From Phoronis australis (lineage: Eukaryota > Animalia > Phoronida): a stretch of 64,000 bases of DNA. The notes under the pieces were generated by a model, which worked only from the letters and a program-made list of their open reading frames with translations, did no database searches and was not told where the DNA came from. The stretch lies in NCBI GenBank assembly GCA_002633005.1, contig NMRA01000492.1:144355-208354 (forward strand), read 5' to 3'. A program made the translations under genes and the position numbers. Positions within the stretch are counted from its first letter, which is position 1. Each line of letters starts with the position of its first letter. Below are positions 30,001 to 42,000 of this stretch, piece by piece.

Positions 30001-33000
30001 ATGCTAGCACAATAGACTCCACTGACTGACACATTCTGAGATATCAAATTCCGTTGACATTTAATTTTTTAATGCCAAAGATTTACAAAACTTTCGGATA
30101 GTTTTTTTCGTGTATTTCAGGCACTCTGTGAATTAGGACCCTCTGTTTTCCATGCTATTTTTAACACTTTATTCTCTGTTACAAAAGTCTTGGCAACTAT
30201 CACCAACCACGTTTTAAAGGGACATTGTCGGTTTTACGGTTCAAAAACGCATTTTGGGTATTCTTGTATGGGATAGGCTTCTTGAAGGTATTATCTTTGA
30301 CCAAAGCTATAAAACAAGATCCATTGTCGTCTTGGGATTTTGCAAATTGCTGCTTCTCACTATTGTCCTCCAGACTTTCACTGAAATCAAAGCTGGTGTA
30401 TTCACCACATACTCGGCAGTGCTGCATGTGTGATGCGACTCAGTGACAGAGCCGTTCGCCTGCTACTGCCGAGCTTGTGAGTTCGATTCCTTTCTGCTAA
30501 TTTCTGGTAAATTTATTTTCTTGCCGAGAATGTCCCTTTAGATATTACGCTGTTCAAAATTCGAACTACAAAAATACTAATACTTAACAATTTTAGGAAC
30601 CTTAGTAGATAGTTTCATAGTTTTATTTGAGCTCTTCAGCCCTGGGTTACCGTTATCGACAGTTGCGAGTGTTCCATCGCCAGCCGCCATGTAGTCGGTA
30701 GACCATGTGGTGCGCGTCAACATAGACTCTTAATTCTAGTTCACCGCCGTCCTGTGTGTGTTTCAGCTGAACATCAATGGTACTAAGGGCAACTGGGAGT
30801 CTGGCGACGAGTCCAACCCAGCCTCACCAACCTCCGATGCAGCCTCTTATGATCTTGAAGTATTCAATCCTTTAAATATGTCGCACTCCTGTCCTCTTCT
30901 GTTCATATCAATGCCTTTTACTTTGTTTACCGAGTAATCATTAGCATTTTCAGTAGCGTTGCCGCAATCTACTTATAAGTGGAGCTTGGATAAGAATGAT
31001 AACGATTTAGTCAGAATTTTGGCCATGTGAAACTGCTATACAAATTTGCAAAGCAAGCAGATTATGTAATCGAATGGTGTCTTGCTGTAAATTTGATATT
31101 AGCTTTGCATAGTCTGCTTTCTGGCCATATCTGTGTTTGTTTCTTCTTATTCACGCTTGTCGTTGTTGCGACGCGACACTTCTAGCAACTGCCTGATACT
31201 TTCAAGTGCATTATGCCCTGAGCTGGGTCCACTAATTGTAATGTCGCCAGGCTTTACTATCTTAGTTTGTTGTCTGTCACTCTTTAACACAACCAAAATT
31301 TGTCCTCGTGTACAATTCGTCAGTAGTATTCGTGTATTGTGTTTTGAACTTCCAAGGAAAATGATGTTGTGAAGTAGCATGCTTTGATTTCGTGTTGTTC
31401 CATACACTTTTATGCGCATGGCATTTTTCCTTCGTTCAACAGTCATGGTTAACGGTGTACTTGCAAATTCATCTGTAGTGAAGACTACCGGACGTCGGAC
31501 TAGTGAAGATTTCCACTAAATATTATCCTTATTGCATTTGATCTGATTTTGGGAATTTTCTGCTTTATGGGGTTGATCAGGAGATATCAGTTTCCTGGCC
31601 AAATACATTTTGCTTTCCGCTGCCTTTTTATGAATCAAGAGTCAAGTGGAAGTACTCCAGGCTCTAGGCCATTATCACGTTTCATTCAAATTGGCAGGGA
31701 ATTCTCGGGGGAGGGTTTTGCTTGCCTTTTGCCTGATTGTGAACACCGTATGACACAAGCTCTTGCTCTTTTACAAGAATTGTTCTTTCTGAGAGAAGTG
31801 TAGCTTGGTTACTAACTTTCGTCAACAGATGGTGCTTTCGCTTGGACAGAAATTAGGAATACTTGTTTATAGGGTATTAATGTGCGTTACACAGCATTTC
31901 CAGATGTTTTTGCATGGTAGAAAATATTCTGGCTATGTACATGATTGTTTAATAATTGTCTCGTTATATCCTTGCACTGTCAGCGAGCCATGATTTCTAA
32001 CAATCTGTAGTCTTTGTTCCAGCATGCTTTTTAACATCTTTGTGTCTTGTTTTGTATTGTTCTCAACCCGAGTTACTTGTAGTTACTACTACAAATGTTT
32101 GATATTACTGTGATTTATGCTATCAGTTATGCGTTCAAGATAATTAAGATTCTTGTTTCTCTTGTGTTACTTAGCTTAGCAGCTTTTTTGTTTAAAGCAT
32201 CACAGTATATGCTGTAAATGTGGTTCTGTATGCTACATTTAAGGGTCAGTGTACTAATGCATTTGACATTGAAATTTTAAAAATGCTTCTTTTTGCAATT
32301 TTGGTATCTATACACACTCTTCAGGTAGCCTCTTCATGTACGGTTGGTCTTATTTAAGCCCGTGCATACAATGTGTGTTACATTTCCTGTCCGGATCATC
32401 CACGTTATTAATGGCGCTGTTTCCCTTGCAGCATGGTATGGCTTTCTTCACTCCGGCTGGCTACGATACTCTCACCAAGAAGATGGAGACGGCGGATAGA
32501 GGCGAGAAAATCATTGTTGCCACTCAGGTGAGTACCAGCGTAGCTGTAGATATGAGAAGCAAACTCTGAACAGGTGTGTGTATCTTCCAGATGGCTTTGT
32601 TTGGATCTCTTGTGGAATATTGGGTGTGTTTGGTTGAGAAATGTTCAGAGCCTTTTTAATCGTCACTCGGCTAGCGGAGGCTGTGAACTCTTGCAGCAGT
32701 TCATTCACTCTCTGTCTTGAGTTTGCTTCTGTTTATCTGGTGTTCTTGTGTTACCAATGCTCTACAGGCTCGTCTGTCTTTGGTTTATTAACAACTTTCC
32801 AAGTTTTCATTTAGCTCGACTATTCTCAAAAACGTATACACTAGCCAGGTTGATGATGACTTTGATCTACTGGATCAGTTCATTAGTGTCACTGTAGGAT
32901 GTCATCTGCGGTGCATTACAACAGAATCAAATAAGTAGTTCATTCGGTAGTTTGAAATTGCTAAAAAGTAGCGTAAAACCCCTGATCAGTTTAATGCATC

Positions 33001-36000
33001 AAGTATAAAAATTGGGTCTCTTCCTTTGGAACCCAATCACACCAAGCTTGTTCTCAGTGCCATACAAAAACGGGGGGAAAGAAAAAGGCGGAAACCAATT
33101 CAATTTCATCCAGTCTGAGTAAGAACTCAGTTGTCTGTCCCCTGTTTACGCCTTTCCCTTCCCGTTTAATTAACGTGTTGAGAAGGGTTCCAACGATCTG
33201 AGAACGAGTTTGTTGCTAGAGGGTCTTTATAAGTAACATATTAACTCACACATGAGAAATCTTTTAAGAACTTGGTCTCATCTGTCAGCTCACTCACCTT
33301 TAGTTCCAGTAGATTTTTAACATCATCACGTTTCCACATCACTATAGCAACTGCCGTCATCCACTCCTGATTTCCATATGCACTTTTTAGTCTCTTAGTG
33401 TGTTGTGGCTGTTGTGGAAGAATATCGAAGGAGCCATTCTTCAGCAAGTTTGTCGTAGATTTGATTTAGAATTTCTTGGTGTTGTACCGTTGTTGTACCA
33501 ATTATGCCTTGTAACATAGAGACAAAGTACCTGAGTCGAAGACTACATGGGTTTTGTCTCAACGAGGCACCAATAGGTGTGCAGGATGAGGTTTTTCACA
33601 CCTCTTGGAAGTCTCACCGTGCACATCGTGGAGTTGACGTTTCAAATTGGCGTCTGATAAGCCTTGTGCAAGCATTTCGCTGCAGGAGAGTATTACCAGC
33701 TAAGATGCTAACTGAAAGTTGAATGGTTATGTTCGCTAGCTTGCTACATGCCCATCTGAACTCAGCTGGCAAGAAACTGAGGAATTCAACAGCGCGGAGG
33801 TGTAGAAATCAGTTGAAAGCATCATTGACATCACCAACACTGTTTACATTGTATCATAATATTAAACTCCTCTTCGCGTATTTTTCCACAGTGATTATAA
33901 GAGGAGTTGTAGTATTGATTAGTTTATTTGCCTATATCTTCAAATGTACCGCCAGATCTCTAGCGGAATAAACTCATTATGGAAGAGTGGAAAACAAGTT
34001 GAAATGAACTTCTGGAAAACTTGTGTGATCAGTTGCAAGGCTTGGAATTTTCCGCGGAAACGCGGATTTCCGCTTTTTTCAAATGTTCTGTCTGCGTATT
34101 TTATTATATTTCCGCGTTAAAAAAATCGGATTTGATATAAAATTTCCGCGGCAAATTCCTTTCTTGCCGCGGCGTTGCCGACGACTTTCACCTCGAAAAG
34201 CGGAAGTTGCTCTTTATGTTTCGGGGCATCTGGGATAGCGTGGTGGATTTTTCAATGGCCTGGTGCGATTGTAAACCGCGGTGACAAATACTACGACTCT
34301 GCAGCCAAAAATGTGCGGAGGTGGGAGTGGACAAGCCAGCTAAAAAGAAGCAGACGCTCGCTTCCAGAGGTGGTACCGTTTTGTTTTTTTTTTCAGTCCT
34401 CGCGTTTTTTTTTTTTGTCGGCAAGGTGTCCACATGGGCCATATCGAGGCCGGGAAGCGTGCATGTTTTGGGCCGTAAAAGTTTCCACGTATTTCGTCAT
34501 TGGTCATTCCAAGCCCTGCAGTTGTTAACTAAAAAACAGCACGTGCTGGAAGTGCATGCGGAAGAAACACAGTATTGGTAGCACTGTCCAGTTTGTGGTG
34601 CTGTTCATTTGGTAAGATAAATGTAGCCATTTGATTCACTGGTGTTCAGCGGATTTATTTGCTCATACAACATGCAGGTCAAACTTGAATATCCACAAAT
34701 TTTGTTTTGGGACAGAAGACCCTTCTTAGAGACACAGATGGGTGCTTTATACATGCACACTTGCAATTGCTTGCTGCGTCATTCCTGAAGATATGGTGCC
34801 ACTACTGCTATGAGACCTGTCGAAAGCTCCTTCCGTGAAGGGTGCTGGCATAGACGTGAGAAGTATGAGTACTTGTGCTTCCTAATGCTTTAGGTTGTCT
34901 GGTGCAAGTCTGGTCTTTCATTCAGTGGTGTCATCGAATGGAGATTTCCGTTGAAGGTCACAGCTGCGTCGGGAGGTCATGTCATATTCGGTGTAGATGT
35001 TGTTTCTTGAGCAGTGGGTGCTGAATGGGTCTTACATTTGCCTAGCACCATGCCTAGTGTTGGCTCAACTGATCACAGACAGTCGGATTTTGAGGTTCTG
35101 GGTTTCTGACCCTCATTAGAATAGTAGTCTGTTCTCACTCGGGTCATTCATCTCAAAGTATGCAACATGTAGGTGAGCATTCCCAAACATATTTGCACTC
35201 AAATGCACAGACATATTTCATCATTATTGACTGATACACAAGTCTTTTTGCATGCCCAAGTGCCACAAAGGTTTGGCAATGGTAAAGTCAGAATTAAGGT
35301 GCATGCCAAAACATGGAGTCGTCGGAGTGGGGGGGAAGGACTAGCGAATCTCAGGTGTGTTGTCTTTCAGCGGACTACTGTGCAATCGACTGCCACAGAA
35401 AAGTCCACCAAATACACCAGCGAAGTGCCATTGGTCAAAACCCAGAAGAGGGTTATAAATGTGGAGGTTGACCCTAACGGGACGACACGAGTTGAAAAGG
35501 AAATCACCATCACCGGCAATAGTCAAGACATTGACTATGATGAAGTGAGTATTTATCTGTTCAGTTTTCTGCTGTCCGCTTGTCCGTGTTGCATTCATAT
35601 GAAGCCCAGATTCAGCTTCGGCTTAAAAAAGTCATAGAGCGGTTATATGTGGCAAATATTTTTTAATACATCAAGTTAGCCTTCCTACTTTCACCTGATA
35701 ACACTGTGGACTTGTTGAAGTTCAGTGACAGCTGCAAGCTTGTTGTGGCTTTAAGAAAAATGCATAATACAAAGTATCGTCTGAAGAGGGATTGTTTGGT
35801 AAGAGTGTGATTGAGGTTTGTGAAGCGCGGCCTGTTTGCTCTAAGAGTTACTTGTCGGTCACTTTGAAGTATCACCTCTCTCACGTATAACGTTGACAGC
35901 ACAATGCCTCCAGTAGCTATAAAGTTTTATGCAACCCAGCTATGGCCTATGCTTAAATGAGCTTGTGATCACAGTAATGTTAGTCATCAAATCTATCAAT

Positions 36001-39000
36001 TTTAATTGTGACTTGCATCTCGTGGATTGTTGGGCATAAGCATCTGAGAAGAGGAAAGTTAAGCCTAAGTTGTTCTAATCCACTTGTCATTTCCTACCAG
36101 GCATTGGCAGCTGCCATTCGTGAGGTGACAGACATGGATCCAGATCTCTCTGTAGACAAAATAGAAATCAAGACAAGCTAATCAACTCAGGTGAGGGTGT
36201 GTTTAGATGCTTTGCTCGCTTGACCTACTGTTTGTTAATTGTGTGAGGTTTTATAACAGCCACGTATTGGTTGCAGATGCCCTGAAAAAGCATGTGCGAT
36301 AAAGTTGGTGGTTAGCCCACTTCACTGTTCACTCCTAGATCAGTATAGAGCTCTGTGCTTGCTGCGTAATGGAAGTGTTAGCAAATTACAATATTTCAGC
36401 ATTTTTTACCCACACCTCTGCAGTACTATTCCGTAGTTAAAATCGTGCCTTTTTCATTTCAGTCACTCTCTCAACACCGCCTGCCTGAGTGTTACCGTGG
36501 TTGCACATTGCGGTGGAAAACTCGCTGTATATGTCTTTCTATTTGGTGTGGATTGCTGCTATCGTCGCCGCTTATCGTTGTCACCTGGATTGTAAAAAAT
36601 GGTGCAACTATGTTGCCAGCATATGAAGGACTTTTATTGACGTATTTTAGCCAACATCTGACCTTCAGCTTCCATAGTCGTGTTATGTGATGAAAACTTG
36701 TCATGCTAGCCTGTGTCATTTTGATAATGTTTTAGTACTCATCAATAAATATTTGTACGACATACTATTTTTATGTAGAAGCATTGAGCACCAGAGTATT
36801 GTGAGTATTGTATTTCGTAGATGCATTAAGTTGTAAACAAAAGAGTATAGATGTTTGTTTCTCTCAATGGTTAAAAGCTTTTCCCTAGGTGCGTGTATGT
36901 GCGGCTGAAATCGTTGACGTTCAACTTGCACTTGTGCTCTGATAAGTAAACATTTTAAATACTGGGAAATTTTTTGTATATGAATCAAGACTGCTCTGTG
37001 TTGCCTTGACAATGTGGAAGTGTGTGAGGACTGCCCACTGTTTGTGTCATTTTAGCTGTATGATAGATAGATTGATAGATAGATAGAAAGATATGCTCAT
37101 GTGCTGAATTTGTAAGTTTTAACATTTTGTCATGTGCTACTGTAATTTTTAGTACATATGTTGTTTTGAAAATGGTGGTATGGCTTTTACTAATAATAGT
37201 AATAGTTTGTGATAAACATGTTCTGAAAAGATTTTATTTTTTCATTTTTGCCTCACACAATCACAGTTCTACCTTTCACATTTATTTCTTTGTGTCTTTA
37301 AACGTACTAAGGAAATTAAGTTGATTACAAGAGAGAAAAGGTAAACAAAAGGGTGTTTTCTGTGCTAGTGTTATGATGTGCAAACTGTTAGGAAGTGTTT
37401 CTGTGCTGTTGTGCCTACCATGACTTAATGTTACTATGTGTATCTGCTTTATGGTGGAATGCTTAATAAACTACTTCATTTTAAAGTTACCTTGTTTTCG
37501 TGCACATTATTGCGAATAGTACAAACCCCTCTGGTGTTGCTCGTTTCACCTCTTCTATTTCTACATGTAGCAAATGTGTTGGTCTTGGAGTAGTCGGAAC
37601 AGCATGATTAGAACGGCCTTGGATTGCTCCCGCTGTGCCTCCATCGGGTTTCTTTTCTGTCTGCCCGTCATTGTGTCCATCCTTCAGTTCATGTTATTGC
37701 GTAGACAGGTCTTGTGCAGGTAGTGTTCGACTTGCATCGTCCAATTTGCATGTTGTTGGATTGTTGAACAGCCACTTTTGTGGTGATTCCGCTTGTCTTT
37801 GTTGAGCTGTTTTCTGTCTTGTGTTTGCGAGTAGTCCTCGAGTTTTGGTAACATGTGCATGGTACACTCACAACAGCTGTTTTGTGTTTCTTATTTTCAC
37901 TATCTATCCATTTCGTGTTTTGCTTTCTGGTGCATGTTTGATGCATTTTGTGTGTTTTTGAGCCAATTATTTTTTGGCAAAAAGATCATTGCTACACACT
38001 CACAAGAATATCACTGCTACACACTCTGAACAAGAATATAAACACTCAACAAGAATATCACTGCTACACACACTGAACAAGAATATAAACACTCAACAAG
38101 AATATCACTGCTACACACACTGAACAAGAATATAAACACTCAACAAGAATATCACTGCTACACACACTGAACAAGAATATAAACACTCAACAAGAATATC
38201 ACTGCTACACACACTGAACAGGAATATAAACACTCAACAAGAATATCACTGCTACACACACTGAACAGGAATATAAACACTCAACAAGAATATCACTGCT
38301 ACAAGCACTCAACAACAATATCCCTTTGACAGACGCTCGACTAGAATATCCCTGCGACATACTCTACAAGAATTTCAATGCCAGGCGCTCAACAAGAATA
38401 TCACTGTTGCAGACACTAGTCTACAATATCACTGTAGCAAACGCTCAACAAGAATGTCATTGCTAGAGATTGTCGACAAGAAAAACAGGACCACGGGCAC
38501 TACATAAAAACGCCACAGACACTACAAGAATGTCAATGTTACAATGATTCAACAAGAATATCCCTACATGACCATTTCAGCAATGTTGGTTGTGTGTGCA
38601 TGGAGTTGGACGTATTAGCACTTGTATGTTTGCTCTGTTCTCTCAAATGAGTGACTAAGACCCTCGCAATATTTTATGGAATGGGGCCTCTGCTTTGGAA
38701 ACTAGCAACGTTTTGACCCATTTCTATCCATCTATTATTCTGTCAATTTTGAGATGAGTTCATAATGTAGAGGTATGTTTCCTAAACTTTTCTGGGCTTT
38801 TGTGGACTGTTGCTTGAACAAAACTTGACGTCATTTTGATTTGAGTAAGTGAGCTTCCTTTTGGTGTGGGTTCTGTGCAAAAGGTCCACTTGAAGGTTGC
38901 TGTGTACAACTACAAAAAGAACCTGCGGACAAGTGTCGTCTGGAGGATGTAAATTTGCTAGGGGCCCACAGGGGTGTGGTTGTCAGAAGTAGGTGACTTC

Positions 39001-42000
39001 TATCAATCATAGGCCTAAGCTTCTTATTTATCAAACGTTTCGCTTGTGAATGGAGTAAACAGACACTCTGATGCTAGTTTAGGTTTGTTTTTGTTGTTTG
39101 GGCTTGGGCTTGATCGTGGTGTTTGTCAAGATGCCTTCTATGTTTTTGTCAGCCAACACACCTAGTGCTGTTGTCAACAACTGACCACAAAATAATGCAT
39201 GTCTGTGACCCATACTGATATCATCTTGTCACGTGTCGCCATATTTCTTAGCAAGTGCGATGGTGTGTTGTGTACCTTGTTCTGGATATGAAGCGTCATT
39301 AAAAAAGTGGAACAATATTCCACCGGTTTCCAAATGATGCAAGAGTGCTTAGGCAGTGGTTAGCATCCTAACTAAAAATAGCAATGATCAGGATATCTGG
39401 AGTGGGGTAACCAGTTGTGCACATAGTGTTGCCAGCAAGAATTCCGTCAATCAATTGAAAACAAATGCCGTTTTAGGTAGAGAATTCCTTGAAGCCTTGT
39501 GCTTTGCATGCAAAAGATTTGCGTGAACTGCAGTTATAGAAGTAACAATTTTGATAATGTGCAGCCACTGCATTTCAAATATGCTGACTACGATAATGAA
39601 AAAACATTTAGATCTAAGATACTTTGACAACCAAATTGGAGACTTGATGTTCACTAGGTGGTGCTAATGAAGATACGGACCTCTTTTTTATCGTCTGAAT
39701 TGAGCGAGGACAGAGACCTATGGAATCCACCATGAGACATGATTATGCACCTATAGCTACCGTGCATGCTTTTCAGCTAAGACCGCTGTTCTATTATCAC
39801 CACTTATAAATTCCGAGCTCGTGAAAAAGTTGTTTTGCTAATTATTTTAGACTTTATTGTTAGTGCACTCCATCTTTTTAACAAAAGTATGACAGGAACA
39901 TTATGTGCACTTTGATGGCAAATGTCTGCACATGCTTGGCAAGACTGTTGATGCATGACATAGCGTTAATTGCATAGCAGTTCACTCTTTGGTATGCAGG
40001 TTCCTTTTCCTATTGAGCCATTTCATAGGAAAAAACGCTATCAGCGTTTATCAGATGGCCGAGGCTGACCTGTAGTTTAGATGTGTATGTAATTGAAAAA
40101 GCGATAAGTAATTGATTATGTTTGTCAATATTTTGTGTTTGCCTGTTCTATAATATGGAGATAGCTAAATAATGTGATTTGCTGCGGAAATCCGCTTCGA
40201 CGTGATGTAATATATCATGTGAAAAGAATCCTACTTTGATACCCCAACCAGTCGAGATTGGGCGAGTCGACGGGTTTGCGCACCTCAGAATCTGCCAATT
40301 TAGATCAAAGACATCATGCTGTTGTAGTTAATTAAATCGCCTCTCTAGATAATGATGCCCATCATAAAAACATTGGGGGTAACAATAGTGTTTTTAAATT
40401 TTCATTTTGAAAGTTTGTAAATAGCATATTTGAATAGTTCATGAAAAGCACTCGCAATAAGGTTTTTGAAGTTGTGTCACGGTACAATTATTGGCATGAG
40501 TTCCGCGGTCAAGACCCTGCTGAGACATAGACCTTCTCAAACTTGCAATTTCAGTTAACAGCGTACGGCCAACAAACGATGTGTCAAAGATAATGGTTGC
40601 TTTTTGCTGCTCCAAGTTTGAGATGTTTTTCAAACGCACCGTGTCTCACGATTTTTTGCTCATTCTAGCCCCCAACTGTGCAGACAACTCCTGTAACCTA
40701 TGACCCGGACTCAGAGAACTCCTCCAAGTACACTCGTGATGTGCCGCTAGTGAAGACCAAGAAACACACTGTCAGTTACGAAGCAGAGGGCGCTGAAGAG
40801 CCACAAGATGGGGACCTGGTGACGTCACAGTCGCATTCTAGTCGGTCACAGACTATAGAAACAACCACAGTGTGTGAAGCTTCAACTGAACTTCTCCTAG
40901 ACACGTTTGCATATTAGTTATACGCTGTATAGCAACGTTGATTTCTCACTTTCTGCTACTGTTGACCATTGCACTTGGCATTATATAGCAACTGAACTTG
41001 TGAAACTTTGGTTAAACTCATTTGGGAAATTGTAATGCCCTCTGGTGGCTTTTTAAAGCTTCAGTACCTAATTGCGTTACAGGAAGCTGGATACAAGCTG
41101 TTACATCTCACTATTGCGTGTCGTATTCACATTGAAATGGTCTGTCAACGATCAGATTGATTTGTAACTGTAAATTGTATGCAAACCAGCTTAGACGGAC
41201 AGTTGCGGTTTTGGTAGTGTAATTCACCTTGACGTAATGTGCTTTTGACTGTCTAATGAACATCGATTACGGTGAGGCATGAAAAAGTTTATTGTTGAAT
41301 GCATTTTGCTGTCTCTCTGCATGCATCAACAGTAGTCTTCGTTGAGGTTTTGGCATGTGTTTGATGCCTGTTTGTTTCGTTTTCAGTATACTACAGAAAA
41401 AGATGGCATGATTGAAACTCGTGTGGAGAGGAAAATCACAATCACTGGTGATGGGGAGGACATAGACCACGATGCAGTAAGTTGGACTCATAATTGTTTG
41501 TTAACTTTTGATTCGGACCACACACCGCTATAAAATTGGTCTCAACTGGTTCCTTGACAAGTGATTTCTGGTTTCTTACAGTTTGTTTGTTATTTCCTGA
41601 GATTATGTTTGTCGCAAAACATAATACGCCGTGTCAAGAGGACTTGCAGAGCCTGTTCTTGAGAAATAACGAATTGTCAGTTCCTTCAAATCCCTGATAT
41701 CAACCTCGGTTAGACTAAGGATTAATTTGAAACTAATTTCAGGATAGGTGGCCAAATTCAAAACCTTTTTTTGTCGTGGAAAGCCAGTTTGTAGACAGTT
41801 TCAGTGTTTTTTTTGCATAAAAGTAACGCCCAAAAAGTTTTTCTATTTTTCTAAAACCTTCTACCTTGATACAAGTATTTTGTAAAGTAATTTGACAGTG
41901 GTACAGTACAAGCCATGCTTGAAATAGTGTTTTCTTCATCTAATGCTGAGAAATTTAAACACAATTAAATTCTCCACCTGTTGGCCATGTGAGATTGTGC

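Noticed and set aside
38003-38302. Regularly spaced repeats resembling a CRISPR array
   Set aside because: No unique spacers, no cas genes, eukaryotic context; it is a minisatellite
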